A DNA stretch of 64,000 nt from Eledone cirrhosa (GCA_964016885.1 OZ024740.1:165540001-165604000), one strand, 5' to 3'. Shown: positions 12,641-26,112, counted from the stretch's first letter. Notes: generated by a model not told the origin, from the sequence alone. Translations and numbers: made by a program.

Positions 12641-13639
12641 TAAAAGATTAAAGTTTAAGCAAAGAATTGCTGCTTTCACCCTTAACGGGATCTTCTGAAA
12701 CTAACAAAGTCAATCTGGAAACGCAGAAGTGGATATTTCAAAAAACGTTGCAACCGGAGGAAGACAGGAAGACGATATTTTGGTTCGTGGAAACGTTCAC
12801 TGGCAAAGAACGGGAAAAAACGAATATAATACGTCATTAATAGGAGCGGTGAAATAAAATTACGCGCGAAGACAGAGCCACGTTTATGGTATAAAAGAAT
12901 TCGTAGACTAATGTTCTCTTAGGTGGTTCATAGAGACGTTCTCTGTCAATGAACGGAAAAAACGAAGATAATACGTCATATGTGGAACGTGGAGAACAAT
13001 TGCACGCAAAGACAAAACCACGTAAATGGTATAGCTGAAGTCGTAGACTAAATTCTAACAAGGAAACCGAATGAATCTAAGCTTCAGAGTTAAGAATAAA
13101 GTAAATAAATACAGAGGTAATAGAAATTAAATAAATGCATACACGCATGCAAATACGTACATACACAAGCATACGCAAAACACTTGCCATAAGTATACAA
13201 AACCACGCACATATAAATATGTGTGTGTGTGTGTGTGCGTGTATACAAATAAATAAATAATTAAATAAACGTATATAAATAAATAAATACGTATATAACA
13301 AGCGCACACACATACTTACATGTAAATACACACATGTTCGGAGACGTAAGTCAACCAAAACATGAAGTACACATATACACACACCCTACATACGTACGAA
13401 CCTGCATACTCACGCAGACGCAAAACTCCCGTATACACATAACCAAACCATATGTACCAGAATATATAAAACATTCATACGCTATAACATAATCTATCAA
13501 ATATACGTATGAGAAAGTATATGTACCTTCACAAAACATACAGGTAAAATATACTTACCTATGCACATAAGTAATGGTATAAACAAAGCATATACTTAGC
13601 TACCACATCAAGACGTAAAATATCCACGTATAGATCGTA

Positions 13640-14716
13640 CTATCCGTTAGTGTATAATGTGGGGCTGTAATACAGGAAAGTTTTGTGCAATTTATGTTTA
13701 CAAGCCGAAATTGCCTCAGATTTTTTGTTTAAGATGTGGTCTGTGGCGTAGAGTATTTCCAGGGCCTCAGCGGCGCAGAGGTCACATGATCTTTTATTTC
13801 CGTTATACGATCTAGCCCTAGCTAGGATCTCCCAGTGTAACTTAAATTGGGTGTGGTTGTCTTTTAGACTCCAGATATAAGCTGAAAGTGACATCATATT
13901 CCTTCTTAGAGGGTAACGAAAAGAATGGGTATGCATGTAAAGACGCTGCTTGAATCTATTGGCGGTTAACCCTATGTAGGCCCTACGGGACGTGGGTGTT
14001 TCAACCTTACATTTGTGGACAATGTTATTAGAGAGGCATTTCCAAGATAGGGGGCAATCAACCCGATTCCTACAATTACAGTTAATACTAACTACAGGGT
14101 TGCACGTGTTCCTACGGCTAGGTAGTTTAGCTAAATTTGAAGCTGTGATGTTATGTGTAAGGTTAGGAATCGTAGAGTAAGAAATTTTAATAGTATTTCT
14201 ATTAAACATTTTACTATGTTTATGTGTAGGGGGAAAATGCTTCGTAATAAGGGAAAGAAAGATCTTAGCTAACGGTGTGGCCACCTCCATATTATATGGT
14301 GGGTTATACCAACAAATGCGACGGGATCTATTTCTTCTAGGTCTATTTTCGTACTCTGTATATGATACCTTATCGACAAATCCACTCCGAGCAAGAGCTT
14401 CATTGTAATAAGTGGAATGGTCGTTGAAAATATGCTCGTTAGTAGATAGACGGGAAAGCCTCAACGAAACGTTTCTTACCAGATTCTTGGTTATGCTGGC
14501 AGGATGGTTGGAATGCTTACTTATGTAATTAAGCGTATCATTCGGCTTTCTATACGGGTAATACAACCCATTCGATAAATTGAGGGTAACGTCTAGGTAA
14601 TTAACGACCGAGAGATTGGCCTCAACCTGTATAGAGAGGTTGAAGCCTTTAAAGAAGGCTGTGAGTTCTTTTCTGAACCTGTCGCAAGCACAAGGTTCGC
14701 ACTTAGTCATGGTCAA
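13640..14716 (-). CDS. PLE RT C-terminus/thumb, CxCx5C linker and GIY-YIG endonuclease (358-aa open fragment, 5'-truncated)
   Basis: VNYLDVTL, PYRKPN, SNHP, WYNPPY, FNRNTIKISYS, CNCRNRVDCPL, AYIGLT...FKQR, SCDLC, LNKKSE. Confidence 0.85.
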   Translation of the reverse strand: MTMTKCEPCACDRFRKELTAFFKGFNLSIQVEANLSVVNYLDVTLNLSNGLYYPYRKPNDTLNYISKHSNHPASITKNLVRNVSLRLSRLSTNEHIFNDHSTYYNEALARSGFVDKVSYTEYENRPRRNRSRRICWYNPPYNMEVATPLAKIFLSLITKHFPPTHKHSKMFNRNTIKISYSTIPNLTHNITASNLAKLPSRRNTCNPVVSINCNCRNRVDCPLSWKCLSNNIVHKCKVETPTSRRAYIGLTANRFKQRLYMHTHSFRYPLRRNMMSLSAYIWSLKDNHTQFKLHWEILARARSYNGNKRSCDLCAAEALEILYATDHILNKKSEAISACKHKLHKTFLYYSPTLYTNG

Positions 14717-15647
14717 AGACCATCATCACGGTACAAACCACCGCCCGCGTTGGGGAATTCGTCCTTGATAGAGAGGCTGGTGCCCATACTCACGTCGAAT
14801 GGTATGTTTTGTGAAGGTACGTATACTTTCTCATACGTATATTTGATTGATTATGTTATGGCGTATGAATTTTTTATATATTCTGGTACATATGGTTTGG
14901 TTATGTGTATACGGGAGTTTCGCGTCTGCGTGAGTATGCAGGTTCATACGTATGTAGGGTGTGTGTATATGTGTTCTTCATGTATTGGTTGACTTACGCC
15001 TCCGAACATTTGTGTATTTACATGTAGGTATGTGTGTGCGCTTGTTATATGCGTATTTATTTATTTATTTATATACGTTTATTTAATTATTTATTTATTT
15101 GTATACACGCACACGCACACACAAACACACATATTTATATGTGCGTGGTTTTGTATACCTATGGCAAGTGTTTTGCGTATGCTTGTGTATGTACGTATTT
15201 GCATGCGTGTATGCATTTATTTAATTTCTATTACCTCTGTATTTATTTACTTTATTCTTAACTCTGAAGCTTAGATTCATTCGGTTTCCTAATCAGAATT
15301 TAGTCTACGACTTCAGCTATACCATTTACGTGGTTTTTTCTTTGCATGCAATTGTTCTCCACGCTCCACATATGACATATTATCTTCGTTTTTCCGTTCA
15401 TTGCCAGAGAAAGTCTCTATGAACCACCTAAGAGGACATTAGTCTACGACTTCTGTTATACCATAAACGTGGTTCTGTCTTTGCGCGTAATTGATTTTCA
15501 CCGCTCCTATTAATGACGTATTATATTCGTTTTTTCCCGTTCTTTGCCAGGGAACGTTTCCACGAACCAAAGTATCGTCTTCCTGTCTTCCTCCAGTTGC
15601 AACGTTTTTTGAAACATCCACTTCTGCGTTTACAGATTGACTTTGTT

Positions 15648-15698
15648 AGTTTCAGAAGATCCCGTTAAGGATGAAAGCAGCGATTCTTTGCTTAAACT
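15648..15698 (+). ncRNA. Hammerhead-like motif with variant core CAGAAGA (copies also at 12652-12702 -, 31111-31161 -, 31952-32002 +)
   Basis: Family consensus: agttt / CAGAAGA / tccc-gttaa-gggt / GAAA / gca...tgc / TT / aaact; all three stems can be formed. Confidence 0.55.
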
Positions 15699-15828
15699 TT
15701 AATCTGTTATTTTAATAAATATTTGCTCTACAGTTCTTATATATTTGATATATATTTATCCTTATCGAGCCCTCTTTGGATTTTAGTCTTCAAATTTATT
15801 ATTATTACTATATATATATATATATATG

Positions 15829-16298
15829 TGTAGTGACCTACATTCCGCGGGCTCACATACATTCTCTGTGCGTGATTTGGCTCAGCTCAGCCAATCAGCG
15901 CCAGTAGAAGAGGATGTATCCTTACGCGTTATGAGGGAGAAATAGCCCGCAAAGATTTGAGGACGCTATCACTTCCAGCTATACCGTGCTCAGGTAAAAA
16001 CACGCTTGTTCTTTTGCTCCGTAAGCACAAACAATATGTAACGACAAAACATTACCTACGAGCCTGCCCAAACGCCTTCAGCCAGTCGCCCGTATTTTCT
16101 CTTGTAATCTTAATTGATTTGTTTCATTTCTCTTGGCATGCCAGCCTAATTCACTTCTTAACCTTGGTTAATAATGAATGTAAAAACAAGCTAAAGTCGT
16201 TGTCGATATTCCTATCATATCTTTCTACCAAACCTGGTTCCTCGTGGCACAGTTACAACTCTCTAAATATACTATTCTCTACCACATTGGTGACAACA
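15829..16298 (+). mobile_element. Possible LTR (TG...CA, 15829-16286) followed by a PBS-like TGGTGAC
   Basis: Starts tgtagtga, ends ctaccaca, immediately followed by ttggtgacaaca; contains CCAAT; no coding region or second LTR seen. Confidence 0.35.
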
Positions 16299-16306
16299 TC
16301 TTCAGC

Positions 16307-16373
<67 letters not shown>

Positions 16374-16387
16374 GTATACATACATAT

Positions 16388-16420
<33 letters not shown>

Positions 16421-16637
16421 TACATATATATATATGTATATATATATACTACATACATATTCCTAACGATCGACTTTCGTCAAATCGGACCGAGGAAACA
16501 CTGTTTCCATTGGTCTTTCCAATTGCTAATACTATCTATCGGTCGCAACCTACATACATATATACATATAAATATATACATATATTCATATATGTATACA
16601 TATACTACATACATATATACATATATATATACATATA

Positions 16638-16744
<107 letters not shown>

Positions 16745-17468
16745 ATTTGTAAGAACTATTAATACAGCAGTAAAGATTGGCAACTCTGTTTATTCGTCAG
16801 ATATTTCATTCTATTTCAAAATACCTTCGAAAATATACTTTACTTAAATGTTACATTCACACGGAGATTGCTTTATTCACAAAAGTAAATGTTAATGAAT
16901 ATCAAACGCCTGCTGTATACGAACGGACCATTCAATAAATGACTGTATTAAGGAAAAAGGATGTTTATCCTATTCATAGCAGGAAGTAAGAAGATTAATC
17001 TTTTTCAGCTGCTACACTGACCAGCTGATTATTACGCCCTACGTGATCAAACGAGATACAGGATTAGTAGCCAAATGTCATCTTAACTTGTTTGATCACG
17101 ATCCGCCTACGATTGCTTCTGGCTCTGTGATAAATTTGTAAATATTCATATATAAACTGAAAATGTCTATCATATTTTCTTAAATTCTATCAAATTAATA
17201 TTTTCAGAATTGCTTTAAACACATTTAAGCAGTATATTTCATTAAAATACGTTCAGAAAAGGGTTGCGATATATATTTCCATTAAAAGGTGGACAACGTC
17301 TACCCGATCTGAGTTGTTGTAAATGCTAAACAACAATAACAACCGCCTAAATGTGTCAGGATTAGTGTAGTAGTTTTCTCTTCTGCTTTTACTGGCTTTT
17401 CTTTAAATTGTTTTTATGTGAGCTATGTACACCAATAGTCTAAGAGATTTTCTGACTTTATACAGTAA

Positions 17469-17469
<1 letters not shown>

Positions 17470-17547
<78 letters not shown>
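17470..17547. repeat. (TAC)n trinucleotide microsatellite
   Basis: Read directly from sequence. Confidence 0.97.
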
Positions 17548-17548
<1 letters not shown>

Positions 17549-17734
17549 CGAAAGGGATAACCCGGAAGGAAGAGCAGTCACCGTGACTCACTTTAAAGCC
17601 TTCGAAATCGATGGTAGAGGTGGAAAGCTTACTACAACTTCAATGTTTGTTATAGAGTGAACACTGCTAAAGATGCCTAAAATTCAGATGGTGATGTTAA
17701 TTAAATAATAATATCAATAATAATAATTTCATCT

Positions 17735-19435
17735 TGGGACAAGAAGGAAGCCAGAAAAAAGATGAGCGACTGGAAGTCTCCAGGACTAGATGGAGTTCAA
17801 GGCCTGTCACCACTGATGTTTGTACTGTGCTGATACTACTGACAATGATCTTATGAAAAGTTAACCAGGGTATGAATTAAAAGGTCACCAGCAAAACATC
17901 AACCACTTATTGTTCATGGACAAACTCTAGTTTTATAGTAAGAATGAATCCCAGTTTGGTTCACTCGTTGATGCGGTGTGTACATTTAGTGCTGACATCA
18001 GAATTGAGTTCGGATTAAAAAAGTATGGTGTGTTAATCTTGAACAGAGGCAAAATTAAAAGCTTCAGGGTTTGTTGCTGCCATCAAGTAAGTTTATGAAG
18101 CAAATAGAAGAGAAGATTATAAGTACTTAGGGATGTTGGAAATTGATAAGATAATGCAAGAGGAAATGAAAGAAAAACATAAGGTGGAATACATGCGCAG
18201 ACTGAGATCTATTCTCAAGTCGAAACTGAATGGATAGAATAAGATGGAGGCTATCAATACATGGGTGATATCACTCCTTAGATATGGAGCGGGGGCGATC
18301 ACGTGGACTGTAGAAGATCTAGACAGTTAAGACCGAGAGACCAGAAATATATTGACTAGATATGGGGTATTTTCCCCAAAGAGTGACACATACAGATCAT
18401 ATGTACCAAGAAAAAGAAGGGGAAGAAAACTGATGGGTGCGAAGAAAGCAGTGAACAGAAGAAAATAACATGGCGCGGTATATGAGAAATTTCACAGAAC
18501 CGCTGTTGCTGGAAGTAAAAAGGCCAGGACTGTGCAAAATAGAAGATTGTAAAGAAAAAACACAGTAGAAGCATTTGAAGATAGATGAAACTGAAAGTAG
18601 ATGGACAGAAACAAGATTGTATGGGCAATTCCATAGAGATGTCGAAGAGAGGACAAAAAGATAAAAAAGGTTGTTATGGATGGATAAGAGGGATCTAAAA
18701 CTGGAAACAGAAGCCTTAATCTGTGCTGGTCAAGAACAAGCACTAAGTACTAGCTACATCAAGTATAGTGTAATCCACAGCAGAAAGTGACAAGTGTTGA
18801 ATTTGTGGTATGCATGGAATAACTTAATGGCATATTACCAGTCAATGCACACCACTAGCTCAGAAACAGTATGAGACGTCACGACAACAAAGTAAAGCTA
18901 GTCCATTGGGCACTTTGTAGCATATATGCACTTGTCAGAGCAGAAAAGTGGTACAAACATAACCCTGAGGGCGTTATCGAAAATGATAATGCAAAGATCC
19001 TGTGGGCCTTTGTGATAGATTGAGACAATGACATTGATTATAGGTGACCAGATATTGTATTAATTGTGAAAGAAAGCCAAAAGTGTTGGATCATAGGTAT
19101 AACCTGTCCAGATGACAATAAGGTATGCGATAAAGAAAGAAAAAAATTGATAGATATGACAGATCATCTTGTTAGGTTAAACAGTTGTGGTCATTGAAAA
19201 AGGAGGTGGTAATACCAATACAAGTTGGAGTCCTGGGAACAGTAATAATAGATCTTGAGAAGTACATTAAACAAATAGGGATCGTAATACGGATGAAATA
19301 CAAAAAACAGCATTGCTTGTAACAGCTTGAATACTCCGGAGGGTACTAAACAAATAAGGGGTTTTACCTCAGTGCACTGGTAGTGATTAGGTAACACTGT
19401 AATACATCTCCAGCGTTAGAAGCTAAGCAAAGAAA
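17735..19435 (+). mobile_element. Old degenerate R4/Dong-clade (RLE) LINE, 3' half
   Basis: Broken-frame motifs KSPGLDGVQG, INHLLFMD, YKYLG, ILKSKLNG.NK..AINTW, LKLETE.LI.A.QEQAL, RHD, WY.H.PE.V.EN and PDIV; (TAA)-rich flanks on both sides. Confidence 0.8.
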
Positions 19436-19468
19436 CAATAATAATAACAATGATGATAATGATAACGG

Positions 19469-19563
19469 TTTCTTATATAGGCACAAGGCCAGTAATTTGC
19501 AGGGAGGGGAAAGTCGATTAAATCGACCCCAATGCGTGACTGGTACTTTATTTTATCGACCCC
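19469..19563 (-). mobile_element. SINE family A, 3' fragment
   Basis: ggcacaaggccag...actggtactttattttatcgacccc shared with the full copies. Confidence 0.75.
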
Positions 19564-19799
19564 ATAATGATGATAATGATAACAAGAAGGATTGCGATAA
19601 AAGTGATCGTAAGCAAAGAAAGAAAATGTAAGACAATACCAACACCACAACAATATTAAACATGAAAATATGCAATAAGTAAACAATGCTACTATCAGTA
19701 ATGATAAATAAATACTTGTAGAATTACAAATTACTGTTAGTTGACAATTTTAAAGAAGTTTAAATTTTACATATATGTATAAAAGTATCCAATTCAAGA

Positions 19800-19957
19800 G
19801 GCTAAGGTAAAGACCCCCTTCGGTCACGAATGGCCATGGGATTTGCACCTAAAATGTTCCCCTCCGAAGTACAGGTCCGAGCAAGTCAGGTCCGAGAATC
19901 GAACGCACAACCTCACGACTGTAAGCTCGACGCTCGAAGCACTAAGCCATGCACCTT
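19800..19957 (-). mobile_element. tRNA-derived SINE (family B), deleted copy
   Basis: Minus-strand head ggtgcatggcttagtg (A box) and gttcgattctc (B box). Confidence 0.6.
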
Positions 19958-20639
19958 CAAAAGATTAATAGGACACCCTACATGTATATCCTGACCAGGA
20001 TTGAAACCCAGACAAGGATTTCCACCGTCTCTAATACCTCCCACTAGGCCACACAGACAATTCAAGGACTCTTCCAGTAACATAAACGATTCCAACACAA
20101 CCAACGTCAATGACAAGTCTACGTAGTTGGTCAGCACTTTCATGGTCACTAGATCTTCGAAGGTCACCAGCAAAGGAAGAAAGTTTCTGAACCTCAAATC
20201 AGATCGAGGAAATTATGTTTCCTAACAGAAGCATCAATGCTTTGCCTGAGAGAGGAGGCAGGACTGAATCTCAGAACACACGAAGCCAGATGATGTAATG
20301 TGTCAATAGAAATGCAATGATTTGAAAAGCAAACGAATTTGATAATCTAGTATATATGCAATGCACAAGAAAAATACAACCTGTATAGTGGAATTTTAAA
20401 TACACATTGCCCAACATATGGACTGGTTGACCATGGCCGGAAGATAACATCAACGTTGGGATGATAGAGAGTCAAATAATAATAATAATAATAAAAGGTC
20501 ATTTTATATACCAAAGCGGCATCAAATTAATGGGGGTAGAATGAGTAGAAATCAGAAAACAAAGGAGGAAACAATAAAACATAAATTCAAATTATTCAAA
20601 GCAATGATGAATACATGAAAAAAAAACAAAAAAACATGT

Positions 20640-23480
20640 GGCTATATTGACCAATTCTCAATCTTCTCTGAAACCATTCACAAAGAGAAAAGTAAATCTT
20701 TATTTAAGAAAAAATGAATATTTTGAAGGGAAAGCAAAATATGATTTTCTTCAATAAAGGAAAGCGACGGAAAATGCCAAAAAGGAAAAATAGGTTCTAA
20801 ATCTCAGCCAAAATAATGAGAAATTACAGTTTGTGGCCAAGAGAAAAGGGCTCCAGCTGTTCTATCGAATGCTACTAGTTCAGATAACAAGCTAAAATGT
20901 TGCATACAAAAGATCAAGAGAAAAATTTTGACAGCCAAACTATTATTATTATTACTATTATTATTTGTTATTATTATAAAAGCGACTACATCATACGAAC
21001 ATATTCGGTGACCCCCCACCGCCCGTTGGAGTGAGGAGCTTATATTTTATCTAACATATCTTTCAAGTAATCCACCAGATATATACCTCTGGTGAAACTA
21101 AGTCTGCGTTTTTCTTTGGGGTTCCGGACACACATCGAAGTTAAACACAACGAAATTAAATAAATGATCTGGAATAAACCTGAAGATTGTGCATCAGGTG
21201 AGACCAGACCAAATAGAAAATATCCCAGATCAAAGACAGCTGCCCAATGAAGTAGATCTTCGAATAAATATGGAAGGAAGAACAAAAATGCTATTTGTTG
21301 TAGATCCACAAACCACTTGCGAGCTTTCTTCTCTCAAAAAGAAGGGAACCAGGGGCCACTGCTACTACCAGCACATCGACCTCTACACAAACAGTAATAA
21401 TTGTTTCTAATTTTGGCACAAGGCCAGCAATTACCAAGTACATTACTGGTACTTTATTTTATCGACCCCGTAAGGATGAAAGGCAAAGTTAACCTCGGTG
21501 GGATCTGAACTCAGATCGTAAAGGGACGTAACTCTGCTGGAAAGCATGTCCGACCCTCTACCGATACTGCCAATTCACCGCCCTATGATGTCAGTATGCC
21601 GCACCTAGAGCAGCAGTAACAACAACAATTACGTCAGCGGCTGAAAACCCAACAAGATTACCAGTGTTAACAACAAAACAATAGTGGCTGAGACATTTAC
21701 AGCGCCAACATGAGTTGCAGAAGTACTCCCCTCACTACCAAGAACAGCACGTCCATGGAAGACAAGCCCCTCTCAGACGTTAGATGGATACGGATTGTAA
21801 CGATGGTAGGAGTGGCAAGCTGTCTGCCACACGAACAAAAAAGAAACATCTTTTTATCTTCCCCTTGAAAAAAAGGTACGAAAATAGAGAAAAGACAAGC
21901 GGATAAAGCCTTGAGACAGCCAATGCTAATACCAACACAAACTTCACTATCATCTCCACCACTATTAACACCACAGATAACAACAACATCATCCCAAACA
22001 CAACCAAACCCTCATCTGAAAAATCAACACAAACAAATGCTAACCTAACAAAAGGAAAAATGGCACAAATTACACAGTCAAAAATACAAAATAAATCAGT
22101 AACTAATGCACCACTTAAAGAGTAATACCACAATTACAGAAACTGACTACATTCCTCACACACCCCACTATTGCCAAAAAGGAATTACCCTGACCACATA
22201 CATACAGATCATATACATCACACAAGAAATATACAATAAGTTATAAACAAAAGTCTACAATTACAATGGAGACTTCAGCATCACATTATCAAAACGGATA
22301 TACTCCGACATCCTTGTGGAGGTAACCTCATAGGGTAGGTGCGGGGAAGGAATTTTATCCCTCCTTTTACACGTCGAAGGTAAGTAAACCTTTCTCACTT
22401 TTCCTCCATTTTATTTAACATGGCTTTCCTCGGTATAGATAATATAATAGCACGTGGCCTGGGTTCATTCTGGAAACAAGGCCACTTCCTCAACAACCTC
22501 AGGTCACTGATCATAGATGTGCGGGCCATTAATGAGACAAGAATATCGGAAGCACGAGACTTCGCACAAATTGTCGGCGGGCATGGAATCTACGTGTTGT
22601 TCAGGAAAGGCTTGGATATCACGATACGAATAATCTTCCTGTTGGGTAATTTGGTGGCGCTGGACCTGACCAGAAGCGAACAGCATGCTTTTATGGGCAG
22701 AAAAGTTCGATATATTCAGGCATCTGGTGAACCTTCTAAAAACGTCCTGTCCTTAGCGCTAGTGGTCGACTGGAACGGTATCTTAGACACACGCTGTGTC
22801 TGTGTGAGGCTATCAGATAAGAGAGGAAGATGTAAAGGTCTCGCAAACCTGCTTAGATATTTCCAATTGTCTGACAGTTACCGAATATATTTCTTGAAGG
22901 AGTCAATGCGGTCATTGACAAAATGCATATGTTTTAAGGAAGAAGATAAAACTAGCATAGGCTGTCCACAATTCAAAGTAGTCGACTACACAGACAACAA
23001 ATGTGTGATCTGTGTCGTTGAATTAAATAGGCACCATAGACAGGGATCCGGTTACTTGAAGCTGGACGTGTCGTTTCCGATGTGCAAATATTACAAAGAC
23101 AAGATTACTAAATTAATTAAGCGGGCTTTGACAGGGTAGTCGTGTGGGTGACTAGTTGGAAAGGGTTGAAGGCAGGCACTTTCCTTTTCGGCGAAATCCT
23201 GATTAATTATTTCAAGTTTCCCATGTAGAGAAAAATCGGAGTGAAGAGGGAAGTGCTGCCTTGCATGCAGTTTGCTGAAAGGTATGTGAGAGAGGCGAGC
23301 ACGGTCCAACTGAATCGGCTTACTTTGAATATGCGCCTCTAAATTGGAGGAGGACAAATGTGGAAGGGCACTTGCCTTAGCAGTCAAGGTCACAGTGGTT
23401 TTTGTGAGCTTCCTCCACGAGTGGCCCTCGAAGTTCTCCCAACTTTTGGGGAATTTGTTATGTTTGATTTTTTAAATGAT
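20640..23480 (+). mobile_element. Degenerate Tx1/L1-like LINE related to 53680-58102
   Basis: ORF 22420-23139 is an APE endonuclease remnant (WKQGHFLNNLRS..DV.AINETRI, DWNGILD, QGSGYLKL) matching 55726-56500; A/C-rich ORF1 remnant upstream; SINE inserted at about 21400. Confidence 0.75.
21398..21581 (-). mobile_element. tRNA-derived SINE family A
   Basis: Head ggcggtgaattggcagtatcggtagag, B box gagttca.atcc, body ctttgcctttcatcc...ggggtcgataaaataaagtaccag. Confidence 0.88.
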
Positions 23481-24529
23481 ATATTTAGTCTTTGTTTTAG
23501 AATTTTTTGCACATAACAATGCAATGAACATTTCATTAGGACATTACTGGTAACTCATTATCTTGTTAATTATCAAAAAGCTCACCTCATCAACGTGATC
23601 TTAGATACTTCTTTGTACGAATAATGCCACACCATTGAATTATTTCACAATATAAACTCACACATGTGAACGCAACATGTTTCTCAACCTGTTACTCACC
23701 CTTTAACTAATTAATTATTTACTTATTCACTAATCATTTACATTAGGATTACGATTATCTACTTTTCGTAACATTTTGATAGTTTCACTACTCTTTATCT
23801 TTATTTTATATTTTTATTTTTCTTAACTTATTTCTCGCTATAATTACTCATAATTATTTACCATAGTTATTCTCCTTAAATTTTTATAATATCTATTTTA
23901 TAATATCTATTCCCTTGAGCCACCGTCACGCTACGTTGATTTTCAGCCAGAGAATGCTATTGCATCATATACCCCCCCCGTACTATTTTTATTCAACAAA
24001 CAAATGGTTCTGATTAATAGCGTCGCATTATCGGGAGACAGCAAAATTCTGTCACCCCCAAGTAACGCCCCCTCCCCCTCTGCCTTGGTCGCGTTTACGA
24101 ACCTACAATGCTTAGCACTGCCGAGTGTGCAGTAACACTTATACGGCATCCGAATCAAGTCTAGTTTCTGTTTGTCATAATCCAGTAATTGATTAATTTA
24201 TCTTTGCAATTTACACCTGATGACTTTAGCATAAGTTTTACTTCTTCATCTGATGATGTAAGCAGGTCATAGACATGCGTATTGTGACTTTTGCAACAAT
24301 AAAGAAATATTTGGAATTCGGTCTTCTGTTTTCATTTTATATTTATATATATATGGTCCCGTAAATCCTGATAGAATCATAGGGGCGCCCTATTGACATA
24401 CGGCTTTTCTCCAGCATTTTAAGTTTGGCGGAGCACGTCCCTCTCCAGGCCTAAGTACAGCAGATTTCTTTCAGAGAAAGATGGAAAGTGAGATAGAGGA
24501 AATGAGAAAGTGCTATAGAGTAAGAATCG

Positions 24530-24665
24530 AGCCGAGTACTAAACTGGTTCTTTTGTTTATCAATCTCGAAATTATGAGAGGCAAAGTTGACCTTGGCGGG
24601 ATTTGAACTCAGAGAGCACAGAGCTGGATTGAATACCATAAAGCATTCTATCTGACGTTCTAACG
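24530..24665 (-). mobile_element. Diverged SINE family A-related copy
   Basis: ggcaaagttgaccttggcgggatttgaactcag. Confidence 0.65.
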
Positions 24666-24732
24666 ATATATATATATATAAGAGTATTGAAGTTTGCTTG
24701 AAGCATTGTGGAATAATAAGGTAAATTTCTTT

Positions 24733-24950
24733 AAGTCGTTTGGAAGCCTCGAAAATGCAGCGGGGTAAATCTCCGGGTAACAAGATCCGGTGGTGGAGAG
24801 AGAGATGGCGTGTATAAGACTGTAACGTGTAACGATACAGTCTTATACACGCCACGCATATCAACGTACACCCACTTACATCTCTCTCTCCACCACCGGA
24901 TCTTGTTACCCGGAGATTTACCCATCTGCATTGTCGAGGCTTCCAAACGA
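24733..24950. repeat. Fold-back cassette with about 74-bp arms and a nested central hairpin
   Basis: agtcgtttggaagcctcga...ggagagagagatg and its reverse complement; inner ggcgtgtataagactgta/tacagtcttatacacgcc. Confidence 0.88.
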
Positions 24951-24958
24951 CTACTTAA

Positions 24959-25018
<60 letters not shown>

Positions 25019-25454
25019 TTATTTAATTATGTCTCATATATAATAATACAACCAATTATCCACGGAATACTATATAGTTAGCACCCCAAACACATAATTG
25101 GGTTTATACTCAAGTATATCTTAATGTTTGTTGAGTGAGATGGAGTTGGTCAGAGTATCGCTTAAAGCTTTCTCTGTTAATGTATTAAATTATATATATA
25201 TATATATATTTCAAGGTGGTTATGAATAGTTGTACACTTGTACAGGCAAACAGATATGCGCATATCATTGTATGTATTGTATATGTTACGTTGCTTATAT
25301 ACGTACACATATTTGTTAACATGTTAACCTTTCAAGGAAAATGAGTATAAATAATACTGATATATATATATATCTATATATCTATACATATGTCCCAAGG
25401 CTCTGATACCATCAACACTATAAACACAGAGCTGGCATATCTAAGAACTGACTA

Positions 25455-25510
25455 ACTGCCTGATGAGGTCATAGCCATTCAATGGCTATCATTGAAATAT
25501 ATATAGCAGT
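25455..25510 (+). ncRNA. Type I hammerhead ribozyme
   Basis: actgc / CTGATGA 25460-25466 / stem II atagccat-tca-atggctat / GAAA / palindromic tatata / TA / gcagt. Confidence 0.75.
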
Positions 25511-25552
25511 AAATAAAGGATTATGAGTTCATGCAATTGACTTATGTTCGTG

Positions 25553-25583
<31 letters not shown>

Positions 25584-25621
25584 CTTTGTCATTTATCCTC
25601 ACTTTATATATATATATATAT

Positions 25622-25739
25622 ATAGGAACAAGTGAGACCCCGACGGCTGAGCTCAAGCCGTTTCGACGGCTAATTCTGAGTCCAGAATTAGCCGTCGAAA
25701 CGGCTTGAGCTCAGCCGTCGGGGTCTTACTTGTTCCTAT
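25622..25739. repeat. Near-perfect 57-bp-arm palindrome built from the 3' half of a hammerhead
   Basis: Arms 25622-25678 / 25683-25739, loop agtc; each arm reads ...gccgtc GAAAC ggct-tgagctc-agcc GTC ggggtc. Confidence 0.9.
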
Positions 25740-26112
25740 TACCCACTCTACTACCCTAAGTATTGAGTACTTTGGTGCGTTATGGTCCACCTGGTTCCTT
25801 GCCACATTTCCTTCGTTATATATATATATATATATATATATAAAGTGAGGATAAATGACAAGGAGAAGACAACGAACGAAAATAAGGTAGAAAGAAAAGA
25901 ATGTTTTTAAGTCTGTATACGTGTATGTGTCTAGGTCGGCATATACGTATTTGTATAGGAAAACCTACATGTATTTCTGTTTGCATTCATGTACGAATCT
26001 GTATATTTGTATGCTCCAGTATCTTAATTCTTGCATCTGAATGATAAATGTACATATATGCATTCACACATCCACACACACAAGCACTAACAAATACGTA
26101 CATACACATTAA

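Noticed and set aside
13640-14716. Selenoprotein-type (Naiad) PLE
   Set aside because: The endonuclease is C-terminal, and no in-frame TGA at Cys positions or SECIS element was seen
19890-19957. tRNA-like A/B boxes here and in the SINE heads
   Set aside because: No complete cloverleaf; attached to SINE bodies
24215-24290. Two CTGATGA motifs
   Set aside because: No properly placed GAAA or stems; at best a decayed ribozyme
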